Shown here one piece after another: positions 22,701-32,798 of a stretch of 64,000 nt of DNA (positions within the stretch are counted from its first letter, which is position 1; every line of letters begins with the position of its first letter). The stretch comes from Candidatus Poribacteria bacterium (GTDB lineage: Bacteria; Poribacteria; WGA-4E; WGA-3G), in contig OZ244048.1 of NCBI GenBank assembly GCA_965215265.1, positions 288,001-352,000 on the forward strand, read 5' to 3'. The position numbers were made by a program, and so were the translations under genes. The notes under the pieces are model-generated. The model saw nothing but the letters and a program-made list of their open reading frames with translations, ran no database searches and had not been told where the DNA came from.

Positions 22701-23166
22701 CCAACGTTTAGAAGAACAGATGCAGGACATTCAACGTGAACTCCAAGCGATGGAGGGGCAAGAGCAGGCACCGGAGCAACAGGAGCGGATGCAGGAGCTC
22801 GCAGAACAGCAGAGGCAGATTCAGGAACGGATGGAACAGGCACAGCAAGCAATGCAAAATGGACAACAGCCGGGCCAGGACGAAGTCGAAAATCCGCTCG
22901 CGCGCGCAGGACGTGAATCAGACCAGGAAATTAAGGAATTGTGGTTGGACCTCCTGAACAGTATGGAGCATTATCCGAGTAATCGTTCTCGGCCATTCCC
23001 GAACTATGAGTTGGTTATCCGTGACTTGCAGAAACTTGAGGCGGCCCTGGAGGACCGGCTCAATGTACTTCAAGAGAAAAAGCGGCTCTCACAAGTGACA
23101 AAAGAGAATGTTCCGCCTGAATACCGGAGACTTGTTGATAATTATTATGAGTCGTTATCAGAGTAA
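19726..23166 (+). CDS. DUF4175-like large membrane-anchored protein with a Q/E-rich coiled-coil C-terminal half
   Basis: N-terminal transmembrane helices, LEDRLVSAVQF, YTYPDYTG, AKDDYGV, YYAQATDN and a C-terminal VPPEYRRLVDNYYESLS. Confidence 0.75.
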   Translation: MNSRESYAELQSKILGARRVWKRSLFWTGAAIVLIGVVAVVVGESLVDWLMPLPSPVRIVLLGGILLAACYLLYRYLIQPLRASLTLRDVALNVERNHPNLEDRLVSAVQFGNREPTDEIEAHMLGRLLEDTTQRVKGIDFKATIDHSRTRKSVGIAFLCLTVCALLSLLFPTEIHTSLLRVFVPWEKTDPILMTKLAVAPGNARILSGKSVPIQVTVTGKSADKVVLVYEKPGRVAPVDGQNASVSTEQEINMVQDPEDRRDFGYEIFNITADMEYYVKANEVISERFTVEVFEMPRMDEISVAYTYPDYTGLKPVVQQGNGDIRTVVGTQAEIRLKTNKAIQTAKFTVHDNTTRDVSVIQEKDSEVQVPNQIEMEIFDGMTLTTTLDVQADGRYTVELLCIDGFKNEVPIKYTIKAVPDGAPEVVIKEPGRDVKATKLEEVQVVAEAKDDYGVERLSLMYSVGSGDVQELAMETADVEEKNLRRGSYTFYLEEFDVEPGEIISYYAQATDNNTLTGPGEASSDIYFIEVRPFNERFQEAEAQQGQPELNPLREILASQKQVIRETWKHINGQPPTVTEEYRFAVKKTGEKQSDIKQKTQRLVDEISMAMQTEAVSPEILMNLEEAVDKMGAASDSLHAIQPEVAMPPEQDALELLLKVSLELPKVLTQMRNSNPQLAENLELELEDLQSEIQQDQNELDQAMQEQTQEMLEQARDMLEQQEQLNEQSQQLGRESQPSPSEMQQNSQQQGQLSEQAGNMAQRLNQMQQNSQPSGEQRADRYGQAGQAMQQAGQQMEQAAQGMEQQTPQLSAAKGEQAAVQLEDAIEQLEKVAAEFTEDTLERAMQQLQQLTADQSAVQQQTKALRNQSENSDMQPEDFQQASEVANQQRTLQRDLESLESTLQSLHEQLSQTNPEAARNVADATRRFAEESTTEDMATAQRALQWRSFRAAEQNQQEALQALEQAQNDLQQARANMATTEAEQLEAALEQLQRLEEQMQDIQRELQAMEGQEQAPEQQERMQELAEQQRQIQERMEQAQQAMQNGQQPGQDEVENPLARAGRESDQEIKELWLDLLNSMEHYPSNRSRPFPNYELVIRDLQKLEAALEDRLNVLQEKKRLSQVTKENVPPEYRRLVDNYYESLSE

Positions 23167-23213
23167 GCACAGCCAAGTGGCATTGGGCTTCATGTCCGAA
23201 ACGGAGGAATCTT

Positions 23214-24020
23214 ATGCCAGAACCTTTTATTGTAGAGCCGGGCAGTCATGTTCGGTTGAAATCTATTGACCCTGGTTACACAGCGCATTATCAAAAAAAG
23301 GGAGAGACGAAAGCGCCCTTGAAAAAACTTCTGAAGGAGATGCGGAGACTTCAAGGCTTACTCTATGCAGAAAGCAAGCGCTCACTTCTGATTATTCTGC
23401 AAGGCATGGATACTTGCGGAAAGGACGGGACAATTCGCGGTGTGATGGCCGGTATCAATGTGCAAGGGTGTAATGTTGTCAATTTCAAGGTCCCGTCCGT
23501 CGATGAAGCCGCTCGAGATTTTCTCTGGCGAGCGCATAAAGTCGTGCCGCCCAACGGGAAAATAGGAATTTTCAACCGGTCGCATTATGAAGATGTGCTT
23601 GTCCCCCGGGTGCATGCGCTTGTTCCAGAACGTGTTTGGACCCAACGGTATCAGCAGATTAACGATTTTGAGAAGATGTTGGTAGAAAATGGGACGGTTG
23701 TGCTCAAATTTTTCCTGCACATTTCAAAAACAGAACAGAAAGAACGGCTTGAATCCCGGATGAAGGATGCGACAAAACAGTGGAAAATTCAGGAATCCGA
23801 TATACGCGATCGTGCCTACTGGTACGATTATTGGGAAGCGTACGAGGCAGTGTTTGATAGGTGTAGCACCGAATACGCTCCCTGGCACATCGTTTCGGCA
23901 AACAAGAAATGGTATCGCAACTTAGTAATTGCTGAGTTCCTGATTAAAACCCTAAAGGGATTGGACATGAAGTATCCTGCTCCGGCTTTTGACTTTTCAA
24001 AAGTTGTTATTGACGATTGA
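23214..24020 (+). CDS. ppk2: Polyphosphate kinase 2 family protein
   Basis: Motifs LQGMDTCGKDGTI, FKVPS, DFLWR, FNRSHYEDVL, KFFLHISK and APWHIV. Confidence 0.93.
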   Translation: MPEPFIVEPGSHVRLKSIDPGYTAHYQKKGETKAPLKKLLKEMRRLQGLLYAESKRSLLIILQGMDTCGKDGTIRGVMAGINVQGCNVVNFKVPSVDEAARDFLWRAHKVVPPNGKIGIFNRSHYEDVLVPRVHALVPERVWTQRYQQINDFEKMLVENGTVVLKFFLHISKTEQKERLESRMKDATKQWKIQESDIRDRAYWYDYWEAYEAVFDRCSTEYAPWHIVSANKKWYRNLVIAEFLIKTLKGLDMKYPAPAFDFSKVVIDD

Positions 24021-24341
24021 ATTTTACGCGAGCCGGAGATTGTTTACACTCCTACCCCCGCAAGCAAGCGGAAAATGTTATCTGAATGAGGATTTTCAGG
24101 AGAAAAGCCGGGCGGGATATGATGCGGATGCAGTGTAGGCGTTCTGTTCTATAATAGAGCACGGCGTTGGAGGAGAAGAAGGGATATCGCGTTCAGGTGA
24201 TTGCCAGTTTCCGGAAACAGGCGCGGAGCCGGTGAAAAACCGCAGTATTGAGATTAGCAACTCGGTCCGAAAACGGACGATAAATCCCTAGACTGCTTTT
24301 ATATAAATTGTCTCTATCATCAAGAGGCGAAGGAGCATTAG

Positions 24342-25121
24342 ATGCTTTCAAAACAGCAGTTGTCCCAATTTGAGGAGCAAGGATATCTACTGCTTTCTGG
24401 ATTGATTCCGGCAGAAACTGTGAAAAAAGCAGAAGAAACGATGTGGAAACTGATGGGGATGGATGCGGCAGATACGGATTCATGGCAGCGTTTCCAACGT
24501 CCTCCGCTCTCCGGTTTTTACATGGAGCAGCTGTCAAATGGGAACCGTATTGAACTTTTCGGTGTGACGCATCCTGATGTGTTGGCGTGTTGCACGCAAG
24601 ATTACCGCTTGGTGCTGCGTCAACTTACAAGGCGATATCCAGACATTCCGCACTGTCAGAGCAAGTCGCCGGACGGAATCTGGGCCCTCAATCAATTTCC
24701 AGTTTCTGCATCTTGGAAATCTCCAAATCCACACTTAGACGGGGACTTCAGGGATTTGCGACTCGACCCTGGAAGTTTTCGAGCCACGAGTTTAACGTAT
24801 CTGACCGGCGCACCTTCCCACGGTGGGACCACGATGATCTGGCCCCAGGGCCCCCAGCGCATTCGGGATTTTCGCAAAAAACATCCGGAGTTCTCCAATC
24901 ACGTTCGAGATGTCCGAGCAATGTTTCCGGATATGGACTTGGGTGAACCGACGGAGGTCACGGCAAAACCGGGTGATGTCCTCTTTTTCCACCACCTACT
25001 GCCCCACTCCGGAACGATAAATGTTAGTTCCTCACCTCGCTTTGCAATTCGGTATATGTGTCTCTGTCTTGACTGTCAAGTGTGGCAAAAAAAGGGCGAA
25101 TGGAATATCTGGATGCCGTAG
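24342..25121 (+). CDS. Phytanoyl-CoA dioxygenase (PhyH) family protein
   Basis: QFEEQGYLLL, HLD iron motif, GGT..WP and GDVLFFHHLLPHSG..N...RFA. Confidence 0.85.
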   Translation: MLSKQQLSQFEEQGYLLLSGLIPAETVKKAEETMWKLMGMDAADTDSWQRFQRPPLSGFYMEQLSNGNRIELFGVTHPDVLACCTQDYRLVLRQLTRRYPDIPHCQSKSPDGIWALNQFPVSASWKSPNPHLDGDFRDLRLDPGSFRATSLTYLTGAPSHGGTTMIWPQGPQRIRDFRKKHPEFSNHVRDVRAMFPDMDLGEPTEVTAKPGDVLFFHHLLPHSGTINVSSSPRFAIRYMCLCLDCQVWQKKGEWNIWMP

Positions 25122-25156
25122 AGAACCGAAAATTTCAGTAACATATAGGAGAAAAA

Positions 25157-25888
25157 ATGAGGAATGTTTTCATAAAGTCGCTGGCAGCTTTTGTTGTTTT
25201 AAGCCTCGCTTTTGTCATCAATTCAACGGCACAGGAAGTATCGGTACAGACTGGATTCGAGGAATTTACCGTCGGTAAGCCGCCCCCAGACTGGGAAACG
25301 CTGGGGGGCGATTTTGAAGTGACTGGCGACACTGTCAAAACCGACAAAAAATCACTCGCCATCCTTGGCGGTGCAGATGGAGATGGACTGGGCGTGCCGA
25401 TAGAAACCGAGAATCCTGTTATCTCTGTGGAATTCTGGGTTTCTATTGAGAGTGGCGGCCGTTCTTTCAATATCAAAGTTGCGTCCGCGGACAATATCGG
25501 GGAAAACAACGGCTGCACCTATATTAACTGGGATGCCGGTATTGTTCGCCTCTACGATGGTGCGGCGTGGCAGCCTATTGGCGATTTTGAAACTGATACA
25601 TGGAAATACGTCTGGATTGTCGCGAATTTTGACAAGAGTGAATTTGACTTCTATGTAGGAGATAGCCGGAACGCGACGTTGACTGCCAAACCGGAAAAAG
25701 GACTTGCGTTTCGGAACGCTGCCCTGGGTCCCGTTGCAAAGTGGGTTGTCTTCTATGTCTGGGGTATGACAGCCCCTGGTTACGTGGACGATTTGCTTAT
25801 CTACGAAGGGGACGAGCCCGTGAACCTTGCCGTTGATCCGGATGAAAAACTCGCGACGACGTGGGGACAAGTTAAAGACTTACTATAG
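25157..25888 (+). CDS. Secreted beta-sandwich (LamG/ConA-like) protein with a C-terminal AVDPxxKLATTWG tail
   Basis: Signal peptide, YVDDLLIY, and the ending LAVDPDEKLATTWGQVKDLL. Confidence 0.7.
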   Translation: MRNVFIKSLAAFVVLSLAFVINSTAQEVSVQTGFEEFTVGKPPPDWETLGGDFEVTGDTVKTDKKSLAILGGADGDGLGVPIETENPVISVEFWVSIESGGRSFNIKVASADNIGENNGCTYINWDAGIVRLYDGAAWQPIGDFETDTWKYVWIVANFDKSEFDFYVGDSRNATLTAKPEKGLAFRNAALGPVAKWVVFYVWGMTAPGYVDDLLIYEGDEPVNLAVDPDEKLATTWGQVKDLL

Positions 25889-25925
25889 GTGCACAAGTCA
25901 CCTATCCTGAAAAACCGGAGAGATC

Positions 25926-26744
25926 ATGAAAAGTAATGAGACGATTTGTCTAACGGCTGCCCAACGGCTACACTTCGACATCTATGGCTTTGTGTTACTT
26001 GAGGACGTTCTGAGTATCGATGAAATCTCACGGATGAAAAATGCGCTCTACCGGATAAAAGCCGATGAAAACCTCGACTGCAAACGCGTCTACATGCGCC
26101 CGGGTGGCGCACATCACGTGCTGTTCGGAAATTTGGTTGAATATGATGCGGCCTTATTGGAATACGCCGCGCACCCGAAACTCGTACCGCTTGTTGAAGA
26201 GGTCGTCGGCGGTGCCGTACGCCTTGAGGAAACTGAGGCCATTATCAACCGGCGGAACCCAGAAGTAGATATCGAACAACTCCACAAACGCCGCTATAAC
26301 CCGACCGGGTTCCACCGAGGCACGCAACACGGGTGGGGTACCTATATTGAACAAAACAAGTATCACTGCATCTTTGTGAAGACATTGGCTTACCTGACGG
26401 ATGTCGGTCCCGATGATGGGGGAACATGTGTGATTCCCGGAAGTCACCGTTTGACGTGGCCGCAAAATGAGATGATTGAAGCCGCCTTGGCGGATGACAA
26501 ACTGATTCATCAAGTAGAGGCATCAGCAGGTTCAGTGCTTCTTTTTGCGGAGGCGTTGATCCACAGTACGACAGCCATTCGGAGTGACAGGGAGCGTGTG
26601 ATTTTAATCGCGGGGTACACGCCGCCGATGGTGCGCGAGTGGCCGGGGAACGAGGTCAGTGCCGAATTTGTTGAGACACTTCCAGAGGAACTCCGTCCGC
26701 TCATTTCCGGGAGTGATAGTTGGCATTGGAAACGGCGGTATTGA
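25926..26744 (+). CDS. PhyH family dioxygenase
   Basis: HFDIYGFVLLEDVLS, YLTDVGPDDGGTCVIPGSH and AGSVLLFAEALIHST. Confidence 0.88.
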   Translation: MKSNETICLTAAQRLHFDIYGFVLLEDVLSIDEISRMKNALYRIKADENLDCKRVYMRPGGAHHVLFGNLVEYDAALLEYAAHPKLVPLVEEVVGGAVRLEETEAIINRRNPEVDIEQLHKRRYNPTGFHRGTQHGWGTYIEQNKYHCIFVKTLAYLTDVGPDDGGTCVIPGSHRLTWPQNEMIEAALADDKLIHQVEASAGSVLLFAEALIHSTTAIRSDRERVILIAGYTPPMVREWPGNEVSAEFVETLPEELRPLISGSDSWHWKRRY

Positions 26745-26764
26745 GGCGGCTATAAGCATCCACC

Positions 26765-28361
26765 CTACGAAAAAAGGAAACGGCGGTGGCGTATTAAGGC
26801 TGCTAACGAGTCGCTACTGAAGGAATTCCACTCTGTTTGATCGACAAATAGGTATTCCCATTGCACCTGCGATGCCTCAGATGCGGCTTGACCCCAGGAA
26901 CGCCCCGCGTGTGCTTTTTGCTTAGCATTCACATCAGGAAAGCCTTTCGTCTCCACTAAGAAATAGGTCCCGCTAATAGCTCGGACAAAGAAATCAGGGA
27001 TATAGCGGGCGATTCTGCCTTCAACGTTCAGATAATCGATCCGAAGTGCTTGCGGTCCGGCGTTTTTGGCAAAAGCAACGACATCTATTGCCTGCTCTAA
27101 CCAGTGGACAAACTGCTTTTCAAAATGGCGCTGACATGGTACTAAATTGAACATCGTCTTATTTGCAGTAACGACGGGGTTCCGTTCACTCGCCGTGAAC
27201 GGGTACGGTTGCCATGTAGACAACCGCATCGGTGCCGTTTCAAAGGCACGCCTCTTGCGCGTCTCCGTTAGTCGCTCTGAAATTAAGGGGGCAAACACAG
27301 CGTGGATACGTTGGGCAACATCATCATCGCTGAGGCGCTGAATGAGGCGCGCGTCAGTCAGTGTTACTTTTTCTTCAAAGAGCATCTCTGTGAGAAATTG
27401 TGCCAAGAGCGGTGCAATAATCGGGTGTAGTATCGGCGGGAGACAACAGACGCGCTCTAACTGTTTGACGAAATAAGAGATGGCTGTCCAACCGTTTTCA
27501 AGGAGCGGAAGGTGAAACGTCATCCATTCAACGAGCTGATTGGTGATGAGGTGGCGCCCTATGTATTCAGCGGTTTGTGGGTTTGCTAATGAGAGTTTGG
27601 GCAGCTCAGCACACCGCCCTTCAACATCCCGGCGGTTGATAGCGTCAAGTGCAACAGGATTTAGCCGGTGTGCATCGGAGATGCACGGAATTTCAATATC
27701 AAGTGCAGGAATCTGTTCCGGGTAGATTGAAGCAACGGTGGATTTGATGGTGGTCGGGTTTTGGATAATTGGGGTGACTCCTTCTATTCCGAGTGCCTCT
27801 TGATATAAAGTGTTAAACGCCGGATGCTCAATGACGACAACTGTCTCAGCGACTTCCGTCGTGCCGGGGTGTGATTCTGCGTAAGCCTCTACCGAGTGTC
27901 TGTTCCGGCAAGATTTTGGAGTCGGCTGTAAACGGCCGAAGCGGCACAATTACTGTGACGTTTTTGACATCCCATCCTTCTCGTAACATGAGTACAGAGA
28001 CGATGCAAGCATAGGGGTTCTGATTGCTATCCAGTTCTCTGCTCAGCTTGCGGAGGGCCTTCAGCTCCGTGTTGCTCATCTGTTTTTCGTTTTCAATGAA
28101 CTCGCCGTGCTTGTTGATTTTTCCCTTTAGGTTTGTTCGGAAGTCATCTTGACGCTGGGTTTGCCTCTCCAAGAGTTCGTCTTGTCCACTGGCGAGTGCC
28201 TCGCTGCGTGGCTGGTCAACCTGTTCGATGTGTTGGAGGGGTAGCGTTGCGGCGTTGATGTCAATGGGCCGTCTGTTGCCCTATTCGTCGTATTTGCCCT
28301 CCCAGATCAGTTCGGTTTTGCGAGTGGAGAGCGGATGCGGGTGGTCTGCGGTGTATTTCAT
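26765..28361 (-). pseudogene. Collapsed Type III R-M relic: Mod N-terminus joined to the C-terminal half of Res
   Basis: ATG at 28361 gives MKYTADHPHPLSTRKTELIWEGKYDE*GNRR...DDFR, then TNLKGK...SVLMLREGWDV..EQTLGRGLRR. A frameshift near 27866 leads into the frame with YIPDFFV..LVETKG. Confidence 0.75.
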
Positions 28362-28404
28362 GCGTGGTGCCTTTCTGTTGTGGGTTGTTGGTTTTAGACT
28401 TTTA

Positions 28405-29916
28405 TTACGCACCTGAGGTACGCGGCATCCAAAGTGGTTCCTTCCCCATTTCTGCAAACAATAGCTTCATTATTAAGTCAGCCTTCAAATCTGCATGCGT
28501 AGGAGAGTTCCAGAGGTTGTTGATTTCCGTTGGGTCTTCTTGAAGGTCAAACAGTTCACCGTAATCACGGTTGTAATAGACGGTAATTTTATACCGCTTG
28601 TCGACGTAGGTTTTGACGTGTACGGTTGTCGGTTCATGATGGTTCTCTACGATAACGTGTTCTCGAGCATGTGCCTGCTGTCCGTACCAGATAGGTGTCT
28701 GATCTTCGCCGGTCATTGGACGTGGAATGTCAAGCCCGGCAGCGCTAAGGAACGACGGTGCTAAGTCTACGAGACTCTGCAAGGCATCAGATTCTACACC
28801 CGCAGGTACAACGCCCGGATAGCGTACGAGGAAGGGTACTCGAATTACGTCTTCATAGTGGAACGCGCCTTTTGCGACAAGCCCGTGCTGCCCGTAAAAA
28901 TGCCCGTGGTCGGAGGTGAAAACGACGAGCGTGTTATCGGCAAGTCCGAGCTCGTCAAGTTTCGCCAAGATTTTCCCGATGTACTTGTCCATGAGGCTCA
29001 CCATGGCGTAGTAGATAGCGATGTCTTTAGCGAGTTCGTCTCTATCCCGTAGATGCGAGTTGAAACCGTGAACGCCCTTTCCGCTTTCACGCCATGCGGA
29101 GAAATCTGGTTTTGGCTGTTGTGTTAATTGGAAATGAGGTGGATTGTTCTGATGTTCGCCTGCGGTTACGGAAGGGACGGTGATATCTGCTGGGTTGTAC
29201 ATCATATCCCATGGTTGAGGCACCAGATATTTAGGATGCGGATCGAAGAAACTCGCCCACAAGAAAAAATTCTCGCTGTTCTGTTGATATTGTTCCATTA
29301 ATGCATTCGTGCGTTCTGCTATCCACGTATCGTAATGATATTCTTCAGGAATGAGCCATTTGCGACGTTGGTTTCGGTTATTTCCTGTGGGTGGCAGGAA
29401 ATAGTCACGCCAATTTGTGCAGCCCTTCTCCTCCATCCAGATAGCGTAGTGCTGTCCGACGTGTGCTTCATCGGTATGATTCCGCGCGAGTTCGACATGC
29501 TCGAACCCGTAGAAGGGTTGGTTGAAGTTGCGCCAAAAGTCCAAATCTTGCAAAATCGGATAGGATTCGAGAGATTGGAATTCCTCTGTGCCGTGCAGCG
29601 GTTGAAAATGTGCTTTTCCTACGAGTGCGGTTCGGTATCCGGCCTGGGTGAAATCTTGGCCGACGGTGTGCTCTGTCTCAGAGAGTTTTGTCCCTAATGA
29701 CCAGGCCCCGTGTTGGCTCGGATATTTGCCGGTGATAATGGATGCCCGCGTCGGCGTACAGGTAGGATTGGGGCAATAAGCACGGTGAAATAAGGTGCCT
29801 TGGCTGGCTAATGCATCCAAGTGCGGTGTCCGGATTTCCGGATTGAGACATCCCAAGGTGTTCCAATGCTGCTGGTCACTGGTGATGAGTAAGATATTGG
29901 GTCTATCTTTTGCCAT
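28405..29916 (-). CDS. Cys-type sulfatase
   Basis: RPNILLITSDQ, CTPTRASIITG (CxPxR), VFTSDHG and ELFDLQEDP.E..NL. Confidence 0.95.
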   Translation of the reverse strand: MAKDRPNILLITSDQQHWNTLGCLNPEIRTPHLDALASQGTLFHRAYCPNPTCTPTRASIITGKYPSQHGAWSLGTKLSETEHTVGQDFTQAGYRTALVGKAHFQPLHGTEEFQSLESYPILQDLDFWRNFNQPFYGFEHVELARNHTDEAHVGQHYAIWMEEKGCTNWRDYFLPPTGNNRNQRRKWLIPEEYHYDTWIAERTNALMEQYQQNSENFFLWASFFDPHPKYLVPQPWDMMYNPADITVPSVTAGEHQNNPPHFQLTQQPKPDFSAWRESGKGVHGFNSHLRDRDELAKDIAIYYAMVSLMDKYIGKILAKLDELGLADNTLVVFTSDHGHFYGQHGLVAKGAFHYEDVIRVPFLVRYPGVVPAGVESDALQSLVDLAPSFLSAAGLDIPRPMTGEDQTPIWYGQQAHAREHVIVENHHEPTTVHVKTYVDKRYKITVYYNRDYGELFDLQEDPTEINNLWNSPTHADLKADLIMKLLFAEMGKEPLWMPRTSGA

Positions 29917-31204
29917 ATTCGGTTTCCTCAAAATCTTTTCGTAAAACCAATAAAAATTCGGACTTCATGCCGTCTGGATTTTTGTTTTTTCTCGAGCGGA
30001 ACAATTGACGACTTTTAATTCTATCCTCATAGTTTTTCTGAAAGAGATAGCCGCGTTCTGTAAAGTACTCCATGAATATCCGCCAGATTTCGACTTCCAT
30101 GCCATCGATTCTCGGATTCCCGACAAAGATACAGGCCGGTGCGCCTGCTTTTAAGGAGCTCATTGCATTCTCCAATGCGTTGAGAGTGTGGCAAAAATAC
30201 GAATTAAGTCGTCTCAACAGATCTGCCCGGGTGAGTTCGGCCCTAATTTCGTCCAACGTTGGCGTTTGAACGTCCCTATCGGCTTTTCTGTACGGAATTT
30301 CGAGCCGCCCTAATTTGCGAATCTCATCTTCGGTATACCCTAACCAGAAGAGTTCCATTTTGGTGGAGCGGATGTATTCCTGCGCTTGCAGGTACGGCGG
30401 CGAGGTGATGAGTGCGTCACACGGTTGTCCAATTGTATAGTATGAAGAATCAACGCCGCCTTTAAATTCAACGGGGTTGTCGTGATGTGACGTTGCGGTG
30501 ACAAAGGCATTGAGATTTTTTAGCGTGCTAAGGGAGTGGCTATAAAGCTGCTTTTTTAGCAGCCCCTCCCAATCTTGCCTCAGTAATTCTTCTATGGCGT
30601 GCAGCTTCCTTTTAGAACGTGCTAACTTCGGTGTCCTATGTTCAGTATAAGAGAAACGTTTGCTGACCTTCAGCAGTGCCGATTCGATAATCTGTGTGTA
30701 CACGTTCTGCTCGGTGTTTTTGATGAAGCCCCACTGTTTTAAGAGAAAGTCTAGTATTTCCGGCGGGTACCAATAGTTAACATTTGACCACGATGGCATG
30801 AACTGCTGTGTGCTGTGCTCCATTCCTTTTAATAACTGACACAACGGTCCTTGATTGAGTCGCTCTTTACCGTGGTAAACCTTTAGGGGCATGATATGAT
30901 TCAAGAGTGGGTTCAGATCTAGGAGTACAGCGCTCCGTTTGCACAAATACGCCTCCAGTCCGACTGTTCCTGAGCCTGCAAACGGGTCGGCAATCCACGC
31001 ACCTTCTCGTGTATAAGTTGTTATGGCGTACCTAACAACCTGGGGTATGAATTTGGCTGGGTAAGCAAAAATCGCGTGGGTTAGGTATCCCGTGTCCGTA
31101 ATTTCGGGGACAAGTTCTCGGAAGGAAATGAGTTCTCCTCCGTCGTCGGCTTCATTATCTGTATGATTCATGGAGAAAAGGGTTAGTTGTTCTATGAAAT
31201 TCAT
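29903..31204 (-). CDS. DNA methyltransferase, probable N4-cytosine, alpha motif order; no cognate endonuclease nearby
   Basis: HAIFAYPAKFIP, then DPFAGSGT (motif I) before ITSPPY (motif IV); the true start may be 31171. Confidence 0.85.
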   Translation of the reverse strand: MNFIEQLTLFSMNHTDNEADDGGELISFRELVPEITDTGYLTHAIFAYPAKFIPQVVRYAITTYTREGAWIADPFAGSGTVGLEAYLCKRSAVLLDLNPLLNHIMPLKVYHGKERLNQGPLCQLLKGMEHSTQQFMPSWSNVNYWYPPEILDFLLKQWGFIKNTEQNVYTQIIESALLKVSKRFSYTEHRTPKLARSKRKLHAIEELLRQDWEGLLKKQLYSHSLSTLKNLNAFVTATSHHDNPVEFKGGVDSSYYTIGQPCDALITSPPYLQAQEYIRSTKMELFWLGYTEDEIRKLGRLEIPYRKADRDVQTPTLDEIRAELTRADLLRRLNSYFCHTLNALENAMSSLKAGAPACIFVGNPRIDGMEVEIWRIFMEYFTERGYLFQKNYEDRIKSRQLFRSRKNKNPDGMKSEFLLVLRKDFEETEYGKR

Positions 31205-31222
31205 ATAGGCCCTGCTTTACTA

Positions 31223-32509
31223 TCATTTGCGCAAGCAACACTGCTTATATTTCTTCCTGCTGCCACAGGGACAAGACGAGTTGCGTCCAACCTTTCGAGA
31301 GTTTTGCGGTGTGCGTGCTTGTGCTTTTGCTTGCCGGCGTTCGCGCAGCACCGGTATGATACTGTTAGCAGGTTGTCCCATTTGGATGGCAGATGCCATC
31401 AACTTCATCGGTTCGTCAATGTGATTGAAAAACTGCTTATAGCCAGCACAGAGATAGTTCAATCCGTCCTCGCCGGTAGGTGTTTTGATAAAGCGATTTT
31501 TGGGACAGCCGCCATTACAAGCAAACTTAACCTCGCAGGTCCGGCAGTATTCCGGGAGAGTATCGCGTTTATCGGTGCCAAATTTACGTTGGAACGGGGA
31601 ATCGACCATCTCCGCGATGGTGTTATCGGTAATGTTACCGATGTGATAGTCGGGGGTAACGAAATGATCACAGGAGTAGAGGTCACCGTTGTGTTCGATG
31701 GCGAGTGCATCGCCACAGGTCTCATTAAAAACACACAGACTGGGATTGTATCCGAGCCAGGCCTCGAGTGCGACATCGAAAATCTGAACGAAGATTTTGC
31801 CGATGTCGTTCACTACCCACTCATCGAAAATCGTGCAGAGGAATTTCCCGTATTGCCGTGCTTTAACCGAACGTAGTGACACATTTTTCCCACCGAAATG
31901 TTCGACGGCTGGAATAAACTGCATAAACTCCACGCCGAGCTGCTTGAAGTAGTTGTAGACATCCATTGGATAGTCTGCGTTGTGGCGATTGACAACACAT
32001 AGAACATTATAGTCGACCTTGTGCTCTTGCAAAATGCGTAACCCGCGAATTACCTGTTCCGACGATGAGCGGCCGCGCTTGTCATACCTATATTTATCGT
32101 GGGTTTCTGGCGGGCCGTCGATGCTGACACCGATTAAAAAGTTATTTTGCTTGAAGAATTGGCCCCATTCATCGTTCAGGAGTGTGGCGTTCGTCTGAAA
32201 TGTATTCTGGATCTGCATGCCGGTGCGTCGATACTTTTGCTGATATCTGACTGCGCTGCGGAAAAAGTCCACGCCCATCAATGTCGGTTCTCCGCCTTGC
32301 CATGCGAACGTGACCTCGTTGACTTGCTGGGCCTCAATGTACTGCTTGACATAGTTCTCTAGAATCTCGTCTTTCATCCGGAAGGAGCCTGTTTCCGGAT
32401 AGAGTTTCTCTTTATCGAGATAAAAGCAGTATTCGCAATCTAAGTTGCATATCGGCCCAATGGGTTTTGTCATCACATGAAATGCGCGCGGTGTTTTGTA
32501 TTGAACCAT
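31223..32509 (-). CDS. Anaerobic sulfatase maturase (radical SAM/SPASM) with a C-terminal SEC-C motif
   Basis: CNLDCEYCFY, WQGGEPTL, YSCDHF, C..C.....CNGGCPK and GRNSSCPCGS.KKYKQCC. Confidence 0.95.
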   Translation of the reverse strand: MVQYKTPRAFHVMTKPIGPICNLDCEYCFYLDKEKLYPETGSFRMKDEILENYVKQYIEAQQVNEVTFAWQGGEPTLMGVDFFRSAVRYQQKYRRTGMQIQNTFQTNATLLNDEWGQFFKQNNFLIGVSIDGPPETHDKYRYDKRGRSSSEQVIRGLRILQEHKVDYNVLCVVNRHNADYPMDVYNYFKQLGVEFMQFIPAVEHFGGKNVSLRSVKARQYGKFLCTIFDEWVVNDIGKIFVQIFDVALEAWLGYNPSLCVFNETCGDALAIEHNGDLYSCDHFVTPDYHIGNITDNTIAEMVDSPFQRKFGTDKRDTLPEYCRTCEVKFACNGGCPKNRFIKTPTGEDGLNYLCAGYKQFFNHIDEPMKLMASAIQMGQPANSIIPVLRERRQAKAQARTPQNSRKVGRNSSCPCGSRKKYKQCCLRK

Positions 32510-32691
32510 CTCATTTTCCTTTCGGTTACGGGTTTGCGTTAAAGTTTAGCACAGTTTGCGTCTGTCTGCAAGAAAAAATCGTGAAGATTTTAGATTTTCA
32601 TGCCAGAGATAGGATGCTACCGGGGACCTGGCGTTTGAAAGCAGATTCTTAACCGAGGGCGTAAGCAGACTAGAGGGCAGGAGTGTTTGAT

Positions 32692-32720
32692 TTGCAAAAA
32701 AGTTCAAAATCCGTTATACT
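32692..32720 (+). promoter_or_regulatory. Sigma70-type promoter candidate
   Basis: TTGCAA-17 nt-TATACT upstream of the ATG at 32799. Confidence 0.55.
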
Positions 32721-32798
32721 AAGTGTTTAAGGTGAACTAATGAACCACAACAGTCACAGGACTGTTCACTCTTACAAGACTTTAATGGAGGAATTGCG

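Noticed and set aside
21780-22900. CAG/CAA-rich region as a tandem repeat or CRISPR array
   Set aside because: It is Gln/Glu-rich coiled-coil coding sequence with no fixed repeat-spacer period.
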